Positions 50,535 to 60,936 of a stretch of 64,000 nt of DNA are shown in pieces. Positions within the stretch are counted from its first letter, which is position 1, and each line of letters begins with the position of its first letter. Under the pieces are notes generated by a model. It had not been told where the DNA came from. It worked only from the letters and a program-made list of their open reading frames with translations, and searched no databases. Source of the DNA: an uncultured Rhodospirillales bacterium (lineage in GTDB: Bacteria; Pseudomonadota; Alphaproteobacteria; UBA9219; RGZA01); the NCBI GenBank assembly GCA_964568585.1, contig CAZMQI010000001.1, positions 449-64,448 of the forward strand, in the 5' to 3' direction. A program made the translations under genes and the position numbers.

Positions 50535-51380
50535 ATGAACAACGACGCCGCACCATCGTTTATTACTGTACAGGGACGTTATGGCAAATTCATGGTCAAT
50601 CGCCATGATGTGTTCGTTGGCAAATCACTGATTCATTACGGCGAATATATCGAACACGAATGGCAATTGATGCAACGCTTCATCAGCGAAGGCGATTGCG
50701 TATTGGATGTCGGCGCGAATATCGGCGGCTTTTCGGTGCCCATGGCACGTAAAGTCGGCATATCGGGCAGCGTTCATGCGTTTGAACCACAACCAGAACT
50801 ATATAAATGTCTGGTGGAAAACGGCGCAGCGAATGATTTACCGCAGCTTATAACCCATATCGAAGGCTTGGGCGACACAGCCAGCACCATCGAAACCGCG
50901 GTGCCGGATTATGATGTGCAGAACAATCTTGGCGCGTTTTCCTTTGATAGCAAGGGCGATGATTTGAAAATTAAGATCATCCCGCTGGATAGCTTATCGC
51001 TTCCCAAAATATCCTTCATCAAAATAGATATTGAAGGCATGGAATTAAAGGCACTGATGGGCGGCGAGCAAACCATAAAACGCAACCGCCCCGTCATGTA
51101 TATCGAGAATGATAAACCCGAAGGCGCATCGGAGCTGATTAAATGGCTGGAACAGCACCGTTACCGTTTATGGTGGCACACGGCGCGGCTATTCAATCCC
51201 GATAACTTCAATAAGATTTCAGAGAATATCTTCCGTGGCTTCCGCACCGTGAATATGATTTGTCTGCCCATGGAACGGATTGACTTACTCCCCCTCGTCC
51301 CAACTGTGTTGCGCCCCGTGAAGGATGGCGAAGAAACAAAATTGATGCTGGATGGCACAATCGACAGCTATTGTTTTTAA
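50535..51380 (+). CDS. FkbM-family SAM-dependent methyltransferase
   Basis: …CVLDVGANIGGFSVPMA…VHAFEP… and …IKIDIEGMELKAL… are hallmark FkbM-family motifs. Confidence 0.65.
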   Translation: MNNDAAPSFITVQGRYGKFMVNRHDVFVGKSLIHYGEYIEHEWQLMQRFISEGDCVLDVGANIGGFSVPMARKVGISGSVHAFEPQPELYKCLVENGAANDLPQLITHIEGLGDTASTIETAVPDYDVQNNLGAFSFDSKGDDLKIKIIPLDSLSLPKISFIKIDIEGMELKALMGGEQTIKRNRPVMYIENDKPEGASELIKWLEQHRYRLWWHTARLFNPDNFNKISENIFRGFRTVNMICLPMERIDLLPLVPTVLRPVKDGEETKLMLDGTIDSYCF

Positions 51381-53489
51381 CTATCTGCGTCCACGCTTTT
51401 TAGGCTCGAACCGTTTGGATGTGCGTGCAACAGGGGCAGCAATCCCTAGCTCCTTCGCCTCTAGACGGTGGATTTCATCGCGTAAGCGTGCGGCTTCTTC
51501 GAATTCCAGATTGCCTGCGGCATCGAGCATTTTTTGATTTAAATCTTTCAAATGCGTCTTGATATTTTTACCAACTAACGTGCCTTCATCGGCGCCGGTT
51601 TCAACGCTCAGATAATCACGTTCATAGGCCGAATGCAGAATACTACTGATTTCCTTCTTGATCGTTTCCGGCGTGATGTTGTGCGTGATGTTATACTCTT
51701 TTTGTTTTTCTCTACGGCGGTTGGTTTCATCAATCGCGGCCTGCATGCTGCCGGTGATGCTATCCGCATACAGAATGGCACGGCCATCGACGTTACGCGC
51801 TGCACGGCCAATGGTTTGAATAAGTGACGTTCGTGAACGCAAATAACCTTCCTTATCTGCATCCAAAATTGCGACCAGACCGCATTCCGGAATATCCAAT
51901 CCTTCACGCAGCAAGTTGATGCCAATCAGAATATCATGCACGCCAAGGCGTAAATCGCGGATGATTTCGATGCGCTCCAGCGTTTCAACATCACTGTGGA
52001 TGTAACAGACCTTCAGCCCCGCTTCGTTCATATATTCAGTAAGCGCTTCGGCCATTTTTTTGGTCAGCGTGGTCACCAATACGCGCAAACCTTTTTCAAC
52101 CATCAAACGGCATTCGGCCAGCAAATCATCCACCTGATGTTCGGTCGGGCGAATAATAACAGGGGGATCAGTTAAGCCAGTTGGGCGTACAATCTGTTCG
52201 GTGAACACGCCGCCGGTTTGCTTCAGTTCCCACGGGCCAGGTGTTGCAGAAACAAAGATTGTTTGCGGGCGAAACGCTTCCCACTCCTCGAACTTCAAGG
52301 GGCGGTTATCGATGCAGGATGGCAAGCGGAAACCGAATTCGGCCAGCGTGCTTTTACGGGCATAGTCGCCCTTATACATCGCAGAGAGCTGCGGAACCAT
52401 CACGTGGCTTTCATCCAAAATCAGCAAAGCATTCTTGGGAAGGTATTCGAACAAGGTCGGCGGCGCTTCGCCGGGGTTGCGCCCTGTCAGATACCGTGAA
52501 TAATTTTCAATCCCTGCACAGCTTCCGGTTGCCAGCATCATCTCCACATCGAACTGCGTGCGTTCGCCGATGCGCTGTTCTTCGATGAATTTTCCGGCAT
52601 CGTGGAAGTATTTGATTTGTTCCTTCGCATCGCGTTTGATTTGAGTAATCGCCTGATTAACCGTTGGTTTTGGCGTTACATAGTGGCTATTGGCATAGAG
52701 CTTCACCATCTCCAGCGTGGCAATCTTTTCGCCTGTTAATGGGTCAACTTCGGTGATGCTTTCCAATTCATCGCCAAAGAAGGATAAGCGCCAAGCGCGG
52801 TCTTCCAAGTGCGATGGAAAGATTTCAACAATGTCGCCGCGCACACGGAAGAACCCGCGCCCGAAACTGTCATCATTGCGCTTGTAATGCATTTCGATTA
52901 AATGGCGCAGCACATCATCGCGTGATTTCGCTTGGCCTTTTTGTAACACCAGCGTCATGTTGCTGTAGGATTCAACCGAACCGATACCATAAATGCACGA
53001 CACCGATGCGACGATGATGACATCATCGCGTTCTAACAATGCGCGCGTAGCCGCATGGCGCATGCGGTCGATTTGTTCATTCACACTGGATTCTTTTTCA
53101 ATATAAGTATCGGTGCGCGGAACATAGGCTTCGGGTGTGTAGTAATCATAATAGGACACAAAATATTCAACTGCATTATTCGGAAAGAATGATTTCATTT
53201 CCCCATAAAGCTGCGCAGCCAATGTTTTATTGGGGGCGAGGATTAACGTTGGGCGTTGCACGGTTTGAATGACATGCGCGACGGTGAATGTTTTTCCGGA
53301 ACCCGTCACACCCAATAATACCTGATCGCGCGCGCCTTCCTCCAAGCCCTTTAACAGCTCGGCAATCGCCTGCGGCTGGTCGCCAGCGGGGATATAATCC
53401 GAGACCAGTTCGAATTTCTTGCCACTTTCTGGGCGGAATTCCGGCCTGATTACATCGGCCATGATGGGATAAGTGCTTTGATTAGACAT
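51381..53489 (-). CDS. uvrB: Excinuclease ABC subunit B
   Basis: Walker A …[10 protein letters not shown]…, DESH, beta-hairpin region, C-terminal UVR domain (…[14 protein letters not shown]…). Confidence 0.95.
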   Translation of the reverse strand: MSNQSTYPIMADVIRPEFRPESGKKFELVSDYIPAGDQPQAIAELLKGLEEGARDQVLLGVTGSGKTFTVAHVIQTVQRPTLILAPNKTLAAQLYGEMKSFFPNNAVEYFVSYYDYYTPEAYVPRTDTYIEKESSVNEQIDRMRHAATRALLERDDVIIVASVSCIYGIGSVESYSNMTLVLQKGQAKSRDDVLRHLIEMHYKRNDDSFGRGFFRVRGDIVEIFPSHLEDRAWRLSFFGDELESITEVDPLTGEKIATLEMVKLYANSHYVTPKPTVNQAITQIKRDAKEQIKYFHDAGKFIEEQRIGERTQFDVEMMLATGSCAGIENYSRYLTGRNPGEAPPTLFEYLPKNALLILDESHVMVPQLSAMYKGDYARKSTLAEFGFRLPSCIDNRPLKFEEWEAFRPQTIFVSATPGPWELKQTGGVFTEQIVRPTGLTDPPVIIRPTEHQVDDLLAECRLMVEKGLRVLVTTLTKKMAEALTEYMNEAGLKVCYIHSDVETLERIEIIRDLRLGVHDILIGINLLREGLDIPECGLVAILDADKEGYLRSRTSLIQTIGRAARNVDGRAILYADSITGSMQAAIDETNRRREKQKEYNITHNITPETIKKEISSILHSAYERDYLSVETGADEGTLVGKNIKTHLKDLNQKMLDAAGNLEFEEAARLRDEIHRLEAKELGIAAPVARTSKRFEPKKRGRR

Positions 53490-53595
53490 AAGGCAGTTTA
53501 CCTTGATGAAATAGCTCTTGCAGCATTTTTATTAGGCTTCATATTGGTCTGACCCGCTGATTTCTCAAGTGTTTCAAGGTAAGGTTTTTCGCTTA

Positions 53596-54939
53596 ATGAC
53601 AACCCTCGTTCGTATTGCTCCCTCCCCCACCGGATTTTTACATGTCGGCAATGTGCGTACCGCGCTCATGAACTGGCTATTCACCCGCAAGCAAGGCGGC
53701 AAATTCATGCTGCGCCTTGATGACACGGATATGGAGCGTTCCACCCAAGCCTTCGCCGATGCCATTGAACGTGATTTCAAATGGCTTGGCCTGACATGGG
53801 ATTTATTCGCCAAACAATCCGACCGCTTTGCGCGCTACAGCGAGGTACTGGAACAATTCAAAGCATCAGGCAGAGCTTACCCGTGTTTTGAAAATCAGGA
53901 AGAATTAGCACTCAAGCGCAAATCACAACTCAGCCGTGGCTTGCCGCCCATTTATAACCGCGATGCATTGAAGCTAACCAAGGAAGACATCGCCGCAAAA
54001 ATCGCGGCGGGTCAAAAACCCCATTGGCGTTTTAAACTCAACGAAACCCCTGTGGTATGGGATGATTTGGTACAGGGCCACAAATCCTTTGCTGGCGGCG
54101 CATTAAGTGACCCTGTGTTGGTGCGCGAAGATGGCGTACCGCTTTATACCTTCTGTTCTGTGGTTGATGATGCGGATATGAACATTACGCATGTAATTCG
54201 CGGGGAAGATCATGTGGCGAACACAGCAGTACAAATCCAGATTTGGGAAGCAATGAATGCGCCTGTTCCAACCTTCGCACATTTACCATTGATTACTTTG
54301 GCAAGCGGTGAAGAGTTATCGAAACGTCTTGGCAGTATGAGTGTTGCCAGCCTTCGCGACGAAATGGGCGTGGAACCTTTGGCGATTGCCAGCCTCCTTG
54401 CCAAAACCGGAACCTCCGATGCGATTGAAGCCGCAACCAGCATGGATGAGCTGGTCAAAAGTTTTGATTTCAAGAAAATCGGCCGCTCACCCCCAAAATT
54501 CGATACCAAGGATTTGATGCGTATCAATGCGCGCATTATTCATCACATGAGTTATACGCAAGCAGCACCGCGTCTTGCCGCGATGGGCTTAAGTGCGGTT
54601 GATGAGCAATTCTGGAACGCTGTGCACCAAAACATGGGCCAGTTCAACGAGATTAAAAACTGGTGGCAGATGGCAAATGAAAAGCTGGCACCAAAGATTG
54701 AGGATGCGGAGTTTATTAAACAAGCCGCAGCAACATTACCAGCAGCGCCATGGGATGACACCACATGGGGCACATGGACGAAGGCATTAGGTGCCGCAAC
54801 TGGCAAATCCGGCAAAGCACTCTTCATGCCGCTGCGTCTCGCGCTGACCGGACAGGAACATGGACCTGAAATGAAGATGATGCTGCCGTTGATTGGTATT
54901 GAGCGTGCCAAAGCGCGTCTTGCTGGCCAGACCGCATAA
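53596..54939 (+). CDS. gltX: Glutamyl-tRNA synthetase
   Basis: …RIAPSPTGFLHVGNVRTAL… HIGH-class motif and KMSKS-like …ELSKRLGS…. ATG at 53596 with AAGGT SD preferred over GTG at 53569. Confidence 0.85.
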   Translation: MTTLVRIAPSPTGFLHVGNVRTALMNWLFTRKQGGKFMLRLDDTDMERSTQAFADAIERDFKWLGLTWDLFAKQSDRFARYSEVLEQFKASGRAYPCFENQEELALKRKSQLSRGLPPIYNRDALKLTKEDIAAKIAAGQKPHWRFKLNETPVVWDDLVQGHKSFAGGALSDPVLVREDGVPLYTFCSVVDDADMNITHVIRGEDHVANTAVQIQIWEAMNAPVPTFAHLPLITLASGEELSKRLGSMSVASLRDEMGVEPLAIASLLAKTGTSDAIEAATSMDELVKSFDFKKIGRSPPKFDTKDLMRINARIIHHMSYTQAAPRLAAMGLSAVDEQFWNAVHQNMGQFNEIKNWWQMANEKLAPKIEDAEFIKQAAATLPAAPWDDTTWGTWTKALGAATGKSGKALFMPLRLALTGQEHGPEMKMMLPLIGIERAKARLAGQTA

Positions 54940-54948
54940 GGGTGCTCG

Positions 54949-56313
54949 ATGCAACTTTATAACACCCTCACCCGCAGCAAAGAATATTTTATCCCGCTTG
55001 ATGCAAAGAATGTACGCATGTATGTATGCGGCCCTACCGTATACGATTTCGCGCATCTTGGTAACGCACGGCCGGTAGTGGTATTCGATACGCTATACCG
55101 TGTATTGAAATTGCATTTCCCGAAAGTGACTTATGTCCGCAACATCACCGATGTGGACGATAAGATCATGGCCAAAGCCAAAGAAACCGGCGAGCCAATT
55201 GACAGCATCACCCAGCGCACGACACAAGCTTATCATGAAGATATGGCAGCGCTACTTGCACTGCCGCCGGATATTGAACCACGCGCCACCGCACATATTC
55301 CGCATATGCTGGCGCTAATTGCCAAGTTGATTGAAAAAGGCCACGCCTATGCCGTGGATGGCCATGTGTTGTTTAACGTACCGTCGATGAGCAATTATGG
55401 CGAGCTTTCCCGCCGCTCCCGCGATGAATTGATTGCAGGTGCACGTGTTGAAGTCGCACCGTATAAAAAAGACGCTGCCGATTTTGTATTATGGAAACCA
55501 TCCGCACCTGACCAAGTAGGTTGGGATAGCCCATATGGCCGCGGCCGCCCGGGCTGGCATATTGAATGTTCGGCAATGGCGAAGGAACATCTTGGCGAAA
55601 CCTTTGATATTCATGGAGGCGGGTTGGATTTAATTTTCCCGCATCATGAAAACGAAATCGCACAAAGCCGTTGCGCCCATAATGATGCGCCATTGGCAAA
55701 ACTGTGGATGCATAACGGCTTCCTCACCATCAATAACGACAAGATGAGCAAGTCGCTGGGCAACTTCTTTACCGTACGCGATTTACTGGCCATTGCTCCT
55801 GGGGAAGCATTACGCCTTGCCCTTCTTACTGCGCATTACCGCCAACCATTGGATTTTAGCGAAGACGCCTTAAAGAAAGCGAAGCAAACACTGGATGGAT
55901 GGTATGGCGCGTTGCGTAATGTAAAAGACCTTCCGGTTGACAAGACCGTTGCTATACCTGCCAATTTCCTGGCCGCGCTGGATGATGACCTGAATACGCC
56001 GCAAGCCTTCGCCATTCTGCATGATTTGGTCAGCCAATTGAATAAAGCGCCGGACAGCAAAACGAAATCCGCATTGTTGAGCGCGGCGAACCTCATCGGC
56101 TTTTTAACGCAAGATGCGGAAAGCTGGCTACGCGGCGCATCTGCCGGAAGCGATGGCTTGGATGAAGAAAAGATTCTTTCCCTGATTACCGCGCGCAAGG
56201 AAGCGAAAGCCGCCAAGAACTTTGCCGAAGCCGACCGTATCCGCAAAGAATTACTGGATGCCGGCATTATTCTTGAGGATAAGGCCAATGAAACGCTGTG
56301 GAGACGGGCTTAA
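54949..56313 (+). CDS. cysS: Cysteinyl-tRNA synthetase
   Basis: …MYVCGPTVYDFAHLGNARP… HIGH region, KMSKS (…KMSKSLGN…), Zn-binding Cys. Confidence 0.95.
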   Translation: MQLYNTLTRSKEYFIPLDAKNVRMYVCGPTVYDFAHLGNARPVVVFDTLYRVLKLHFPKVTYVRNITDVDDKIMAKAKETGEPIDSITQRTTQAYHEDMAALLALPPDIEPRATAHIPHMLALIAKLIEKGHAYAVDGHVLFNVPSMSNYGELSRRSRDELIAGARVEVAPYKKDAADFVLWKPSAPDQVGWDSPYGRGRPGWHIECSAMAKEHLGETFDIHGGGLDLIFPHHENEIAQSRCAHNDAPLAKLWMHNGFLTINNDKMSKSLGNFFTVRDLLAIAPGEALRLALLTAHYRQPLDFSEDALKKAKQTLDGWYGALRNVKDLPVDKTVAIPANFLAALDDDLNTPQAFAILHDLVSQLNKAPDSKTKSALLSAANLIGFLTQDAESWLRGASAGSDGLDEEKILSLITARKEAKAAKNFAEADRIRKELLDAGIILEDKANETLWRRA

Positions 56314-56385
56314 CCAGTCTGAATCCACTAGTATCCTCGCTTTTGTTTGTATAAGATTTACCTCATTCATTAACCGGAGACGCAC

Positions 56386-56934
56386 ATGCAATCATCCAGA
56401 GCACATAACCAACTTGGCTTTAACCTCATTGAAGCGGCTTTGGTACTCGGCATTGTGGGGCTTGTGATTGGCGGCATCTTCGCTGCATGGGGCAATGTGG
56501 AATCCCAGCAACGCATACGCCGTGCTGCGGATATGACCACCACCATTGTGCAGCAAATCCGTACCACCTATGCGGCACGCACCACATTCGATGCGACTGA
56601 TACTGCAAGTGGCGCAACCTTTACCGCAGCCTTGATTGCTGCAAACTTAATTCCTGTTGAATATCTTTCAGGCACCAATTTGATGAATCCGTGGGGTGGC
56701 ACAACACTCATTACGCCAAACACGACGGGCATGAATGTTAGCTATAGCACGGTAAAGAAAGCCGATTGCCTTAAGCTGGCCAATAACATGTTAAACACTG
56801 GCAAGACCCAAGGCCTTACCAGCATCAACGGACAAGCAGTTACAAGCACTACATTGTTTACGTCTATCTCATCATCCATCTGCACTACCGATCCGTCCGC
56901 ATTGAATTTGTTCTTCCTATTAAAAACAAACTAG
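56386..56934 (+). CDS. Type IV prepilin / pseudopilin-like protein (orphan)
   Basis: Class III signal: MQSSRAHNQLG|FNLIEAALVLGIVGLVIGGIFAAW (G|F-x-LIE cleavage/methylation motif plus hydrophobic helix). C-terminal Cys pair (…ADCLK…SSSICT…) consistent with a pilin disulfide loop. Good GGAGA SD. Confidence 0.7.
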   Translation: MQSSRAHNQLGFNLIEAALVLGIVGLVIGGIFAAWGNVESQQRIRRAADMTTTIVQQIRTTYAARTTFDATDTASGATFTAALIAANLIPVEYLSGTNLMNPWGGTTLITPNTTGMNVSYSTVKKADCLKLANNMLNTGKTQGLTSINGQAVTSTTLFTSISSSICTTDPSALNLFFLLKTN

Positions 56935-56956
56935 TTCAGCAAATAGCGGCAACCAA

Positions 56957-57721
56957 GTGAGTGATACCCCCATCATCATTCTGGTCCGACCGCAGATGGT
57001 CGAGAATATCGGAACAACCGCGCGCGCAATGATGAATTGCTCCTTGCATGAGCTACGCCTTGTTGATCCGCGCGATTCTTGGCCGCTCACCAATACGCTT
57101 CAAGAACGCATTGATGCGACATCCGCAGGTGCCACGGGTATATTCAAAGACACCAAGATATATCAAACAACGCCAGATGCTGTTGGTGATTTAAACAGCG
57201 TCTATGCCCTCACCGCGCGTACCCGTGATATGGCAAAAGAAATGCTGACGCCCAGAGCTGCCATTGCAGAAATCCATTCCAAGATAAATGCTGGCGAAAA
57301 AATCGGCCTGATGTTTGGTCCGGAACGCACAGGCCTCATTAATGAAGATTTGAGTTGCGCTGAAAAACTGATAGGTATTCCGGCAAACCCCGAATTCTCA
57401 TCATTCAATCTGGCGCAATCAGTATTAATCATGGCTTATGAATGGTTTACGCGTGCGAATGATGTACCAACAGAAACCATGAATTACGGCAAAACCCGCC
57501 CTGCCACAAAAGCCGAAGTATTCCATTTATTTGATCATCTGGAGCGCGAGCTGGAAGCAGGCGGGTTCTTCACATCGCTTGAAATGAAGCCGGCGATGAC
57601 GCAAAATCTACGCAACGCCATTTTACGTGCCGAACTTACCGAACAGGAAGTGCGTACATGGCATGGCATGATTACCGCATTGGCAGAAGGCCCAAAAAAA
57701 CCACGCAACCAAAATGGCTGA
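56957..57721 (+). CDS. SpoU/TrmH-family RNA 2'-O-methyltransferase (TrmJ-like)
   Basis: …IILVRPQMVENIGTTARAMMNCSL…L…V… N-terminal SPOUT motif I and …GLMFGPERTGL… motif. ~254 aa. Confidence 0.7.
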   Translation: MSDTPIIILVRPQMVENIGTTARAMMNCSLHELRLVDPRDSWPLTNTLQERIDATSAGATGIFKDTKIYQTTPDAVGDLNSVYALTARTRDMAKEMLTPRAAIAEIHSKINAGEKIGLMFGPERTGLINEDLSCAEKLIGIPANPEFSSFNLAQSVLIMAYEWFTRANDVPTETMNYGKTRPATKAEVFHLFDHLERELEAGGFFTSLEMKPAMTQNLRNAILRAELTEQEVRTWHGMITALAEGPKKPRNQNG

Positions 57722-58022
57722 AGACGACAAACAGCATTTCCGGATTTTGTATTATAAAGGCCATAGCACGATTATTGGCGTGGGTGATTTATTCATTAAT
57801 ACAGACAATGTACCGCCAGAAAACAAAGGTGGCTCATTCATCATATCTGACAACAAAGCCATGCCGCTGGATTGGAACGTAATCAAAGCTACACCATATG
57901 TTCAAAGCCTTCATCCCATGGTTCAAAAAATGATTGAACAGACCTTGCGAGAAGAAGCGCTGCAATCCAGACGGCCAGGCATGGGCAGAGAAGCAATGAT
58001 TTTGGATGACAAGAAGATATGA
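57714..58022 (+). CDS. Hypothetical 102-aa protein, translationally coupled between TrmJ-like and SDR genes
   Basis: ORF overlaps the upstream gene by 8 nt and the downstream gene by 4 nt (ATGA). No recognised motif. Confidence 0.35.
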   Translation: MAEDDKQHFRILYYKGHSTIIGVGDLFINTDNVPPENKGGSFIISDNKAMPLDWNVIKATPYVQSLHPMVQKMIEQTLREEALQSRRPGMGREAMILDDKKI

Positions 58023-58702
58023 ATAAAACCATCCTCATCACCGGTGCAGCACGGCGTATTGGACGTGCCATGGCATTGCATTTCGCAGCCCGGGGTTGGC
58101 ATATTGCCGCGCATTACAGCGGTTCCGCCACTGATGCAGAACATCTGCGCGATGACATTGAAGCAAAAAACGGCAAGATAAGCCTGTTTCAGGCCGATTT
58201 TACCAAACCAGATGCCGCACAGATGTTATTCGCCGAGGTCGTGAAAACCTGCGGCGTACCGCGCGTGCTCGTTAACAACGCTGCACGCTTTGAACGGGAC
58301 GATGGCGGCATTACTGAAAAAAGTTTACACGCGCACATGGCGGTGAATGCTGCAGTACCAATCGCCCTATCGCAACTCATGCGTACAGGTGATGCAGCAC
58401 CGCGCTTCGTATTTAATATCCTTGATCGTTCGCTGGATTGGTCATGGCCGTTATTACCTGCCTATGTTCTCAGCAAACTCGCGCTGGAAGAATGGACAAA
58501 GAAAAATGCCACAACCTATCAGCCAGATTTGTATATATTCGGTCTGCGCCTTGGGCCTACGCTGCGTAACCCGCGTGAAAGCGAAAACCATTTTGCCAGC
58601 GCCAGCGCCGCCTTGAAGCTCACGAAGCTGGAGGATGTGCTGGGGATGATGGATACCGCCATGGAATATCCGGCCGTACAGCCTAGCTTTGTGAATATCT
58701 GA
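58019..58702 (+). CDS. Short-chain dehydrogenase/reductase (pteridine-reductase/FolM-like SDR)
   Basis: …ILITGAARRIGRAMA… TGxxxRIG cofactor motif typical of pteridine-reductase-like SDRs. …VNNAA…. ~227 aa. Confidence 0.65.
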   Translation: MNKTILITGAARRIGRAMALHFAARGWHIAAHYSGSATDAEHLRDDIEAKNGKISLFQADFTKPDAAQMLFAEVVKTCGVPRVLVNNAARFERDDGGITEKSLHAHMAVNAAVPIALSQLMRTGDAAPRFVFNILDRSLDWSWPLLPAYVLSKLALEEWTKKNATTYQPDLYIFGLRLGPTLRNPRESENHFASASAALKLTKLEDVLGMMDTAMEYPAVQPSFVNI

Positions 58703-59031
58703 TGGCCGTTATCAACAGGGATTACGATTGTTTACGTTTGATTAGTAAATTGTGGTTCGTTTTCTGAATAAAAACCCAAAAACCGCGTATTACTTTAATT
58801 AACCATACTTTTCTATCTGCCTACTTTTTAGGCAAACAGGTGAAAACATCGTTTTATTTGGTCATAATTGGCCAAAATAGAATTTCATCCCAAGACTTAT
58901 CCACAGGAATCGGGGATATAATTTGGACATTCCTTAAGGGCGGCGACCGCCGACCGCATAAAGATTCTGGGAGTTAATACGAGCGGAGCCCCAGTAATAC
59001 AATAGGCAGCGTTTGAGCTATATATATTTCC

Positions 59032-60936
59032 ATGAGTAACGAAGATCCTAACAATCCTAACCGTATCAGCCGCAGTGCACCTTCCCTGCCCGGCGGGACG
59101 GATGACATCCCTAAAGGCGGTTTTGCGCGTGGGGCAGCCGTGCTTAAGGAGTATTTGAAGAACGTGCCCTTCAGCCCTGGCGTGTACCGCATGGTATCGG
59201 CCAAGGGTGATGTGCTGTATGTCGGTAAAGCCAAGAGCCTGAAGAAGCGCGTCACAAACTACACAACGCTGGAGCGATTGACCAACCGCATTCAACGTAT
59301 GGTCGCGCTCACCCACCATCTGGAAATTGTGGTCACGCACACCGAAAGCGAAGCGTTGCTTCTGGAAGCAAATCTTATCCGCAATTACCAGCCGCCATTC
59401 AACGTGCTGTTGAAGGATGATAAAAGCTATCCTTATATCCTTATCACCAAGGACCATGAGTTCCCGCAACTGGTCAAATATCGTGGCAGCAAAGACCGCG
59501 ATGGCTGGTATTTCGGCCCGTTCGCTTCGTCAGATGCCGTGAGAGAAACCATGGGTGTGTTGATGCGCGGTTTCATGCTGCGGAATTGCAATGACAGTTT
59601 CTTTGCCGCGCGTAAACGCCCGTGTCTGCAATATCATATCAAACGCTGTACCGCGCCATGCGTTGGCAAGGTAAGCGTTGAGGATTATGCGCGCCAAGTA
59701 AAGGAAGCGCGTGAATTCCTGCTCGGAAAGAACGATGCGCTGCTGGAAGATTTGCAAAAGGACATGCAGAAAGCCAGCGCAGCGATGGATTTCGAAGAAG
59801 CCGCGCATTTACGCGACCGCATTAAAATTCTGGCCACCATTCAGGCTAAGCAGAACATCAACATCAATAATATCGGCGATGCCGATGTGATTGCTTTGGC
59901 GCGTGAAGCTGGGCAGATATGTATTCAGGTATTCTTCATCCGCAATGACCGCAATTATGGGAACCGCGCCTTCTTCCCGCAGGCGGATATGAGCCTTGAA
60001 GACAGCGAAATCCTCTCCACCTTTCTTGCACAGTTTTATTCCGATAAACCCGCGCCAAAACAATTATTCCTCAGTCAGGAAACGGATGATGTGGAATTGC
60101 TGGCCGAGACATTCAAAACCGATATTGCCATCCCCAAACAAGGTGATAAAAAGCGCCTGATTGATATGGCAGCGCAGAACGCGCGTGAAGCCTTGGCGCG
60201 CCGTTTGGCCGAACGTAAAAGCCAGAATGTGTTGTTGGAAGGCGTTGCCAAATGTTTCGATTTGGACGGCACACCGGAACGTATCGAAGTATATGATAAC
60301 AGCCACACCTCAGGCACCTATGCGGTTGGCGCGATGATTGTCGCAGGGCCAGAAGGCTTCATTAAAAAAGCATATCGTAAATTCAACATTAAAGGCACGG
60401 AACTGGCCAAGGGCGATGATTACGGCATGATGCGCGAAATGCTGAAACGCCGCTTCACACGGCTGAATGCCGAAGACGATGATAGCAACACGCCTGATTT
60501 AGTGCTGATTGATGGCGGCATGGGGCAATTAAATGCTGCTCTGGAAACATTGGCTGAACTAGGCTTAAGCGATATTCCGGTAGTGGGTATCGCCAAAGGC
60601 CCCGATAGGAACGCAGGCCGCGAACGGTTCTTCATGAAAGACCGCGCCGATTTCCAATTAGAAATGCGCGACCCGGTTCTATATTTCCTGCAACGTCTGC
60701 GCGATGAATCCCACCGCTTTGTGATTGGCAGCCACCGTGCACGCCGCGTGAAAGCGATTAGCAATTCACCATTGGATGGCATTGCAGGAATTGGGCCCAC
60801 ACGTAAGAAAAAACTGTTGCTGCATTTTGGTTCAGCGCAAGGCGTTTCGAAAGCCGGCATCAGTGATTTGCAACGCGTGCCCGGCATCAATGCCGAGTTG
60901 GCGAAACAAATCTATGATTACTTCCACAGTGGCTGA
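59032..60936 (+). CDS. uvrC: Excinuclease ABC subunit C
   Basis: GIY-YIG N-terminus (…GVYRMVSAKGDVLYVGKAKSLKKRV…), UVR domain, RNase H-like endonuclease and HhH C-terminus. Confidence 0.95.
   Translation: MSNEDPNNPNRISRSAPSLPGGTDDIPKGGFARGAAVLKEYLKNVPFSPGVYRMVSAKGDVLYVGKAKSLKKRVTNYTTLERLTNRIQRMVALTHHLEIVVTHTESEALLLEANLIRNYQPPFNVLLKDDKSYPYILITKDHEFPQLVKYRGSKDRDGWYFGPFASSDAVRETMGVLMRGFMLRNCNDSFFAARKRPCLQYHIKRCTAPCVGKVSVEDYARQVKEAREFLLGKNDALLEDLQKDMQKASAAMDFEEAAHLRDRIKILATIQAKQNININNIGDADVIALAREAGQICIQVFFIRNDRNYGNRAFFPQADMSLEDSEILSTFLAQFYSDKPAPKQLFLSQETDDVELLAETFKTDIAIPKQGDKKRLIDMAAQNAREALARRLAERKSQNVLLEGVAKCFDLDGTPERIEVYDNSHTSGTYAVGAMIVAGPEGFIKKAYRKFNIKGTELAKGDDYGMMREMLKRRFTRLNAEDDDSNTPDLVLIDGGMGQLNAALETLAELGLSDIPVVGIAKGPDRNAGRERFFMKDRADFQLEMRDPVLYFLQRLRDESHRFVIGSHRARRVKAISNSPLDGIAGIGPTRKKKLLLHFGSAQGVSKAGISDLQRVPGINAELAKQIYDYFHSG

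Noticed and set aside
53490-53568. SOS (LexA) box upstream of uvrB and upstream of uvrC
   Set aside because: No GTTC-N7-GTTC / GAAC-N7-GAAC alphaproteobacterial LexA motif or gamma-type CTGT-N8-ACAG motif found by eye.
56370-56374. TTAAC / CATTAACC half-site upstream of the pilin gene as a CtrA site (pilA is CtrA-controlled in Caulobacter)
   Set aside because: It is only a half-site and lies 12 nt from the ATG, overlapping the GGAGA RBS, so it is not positioned like a promoter element.
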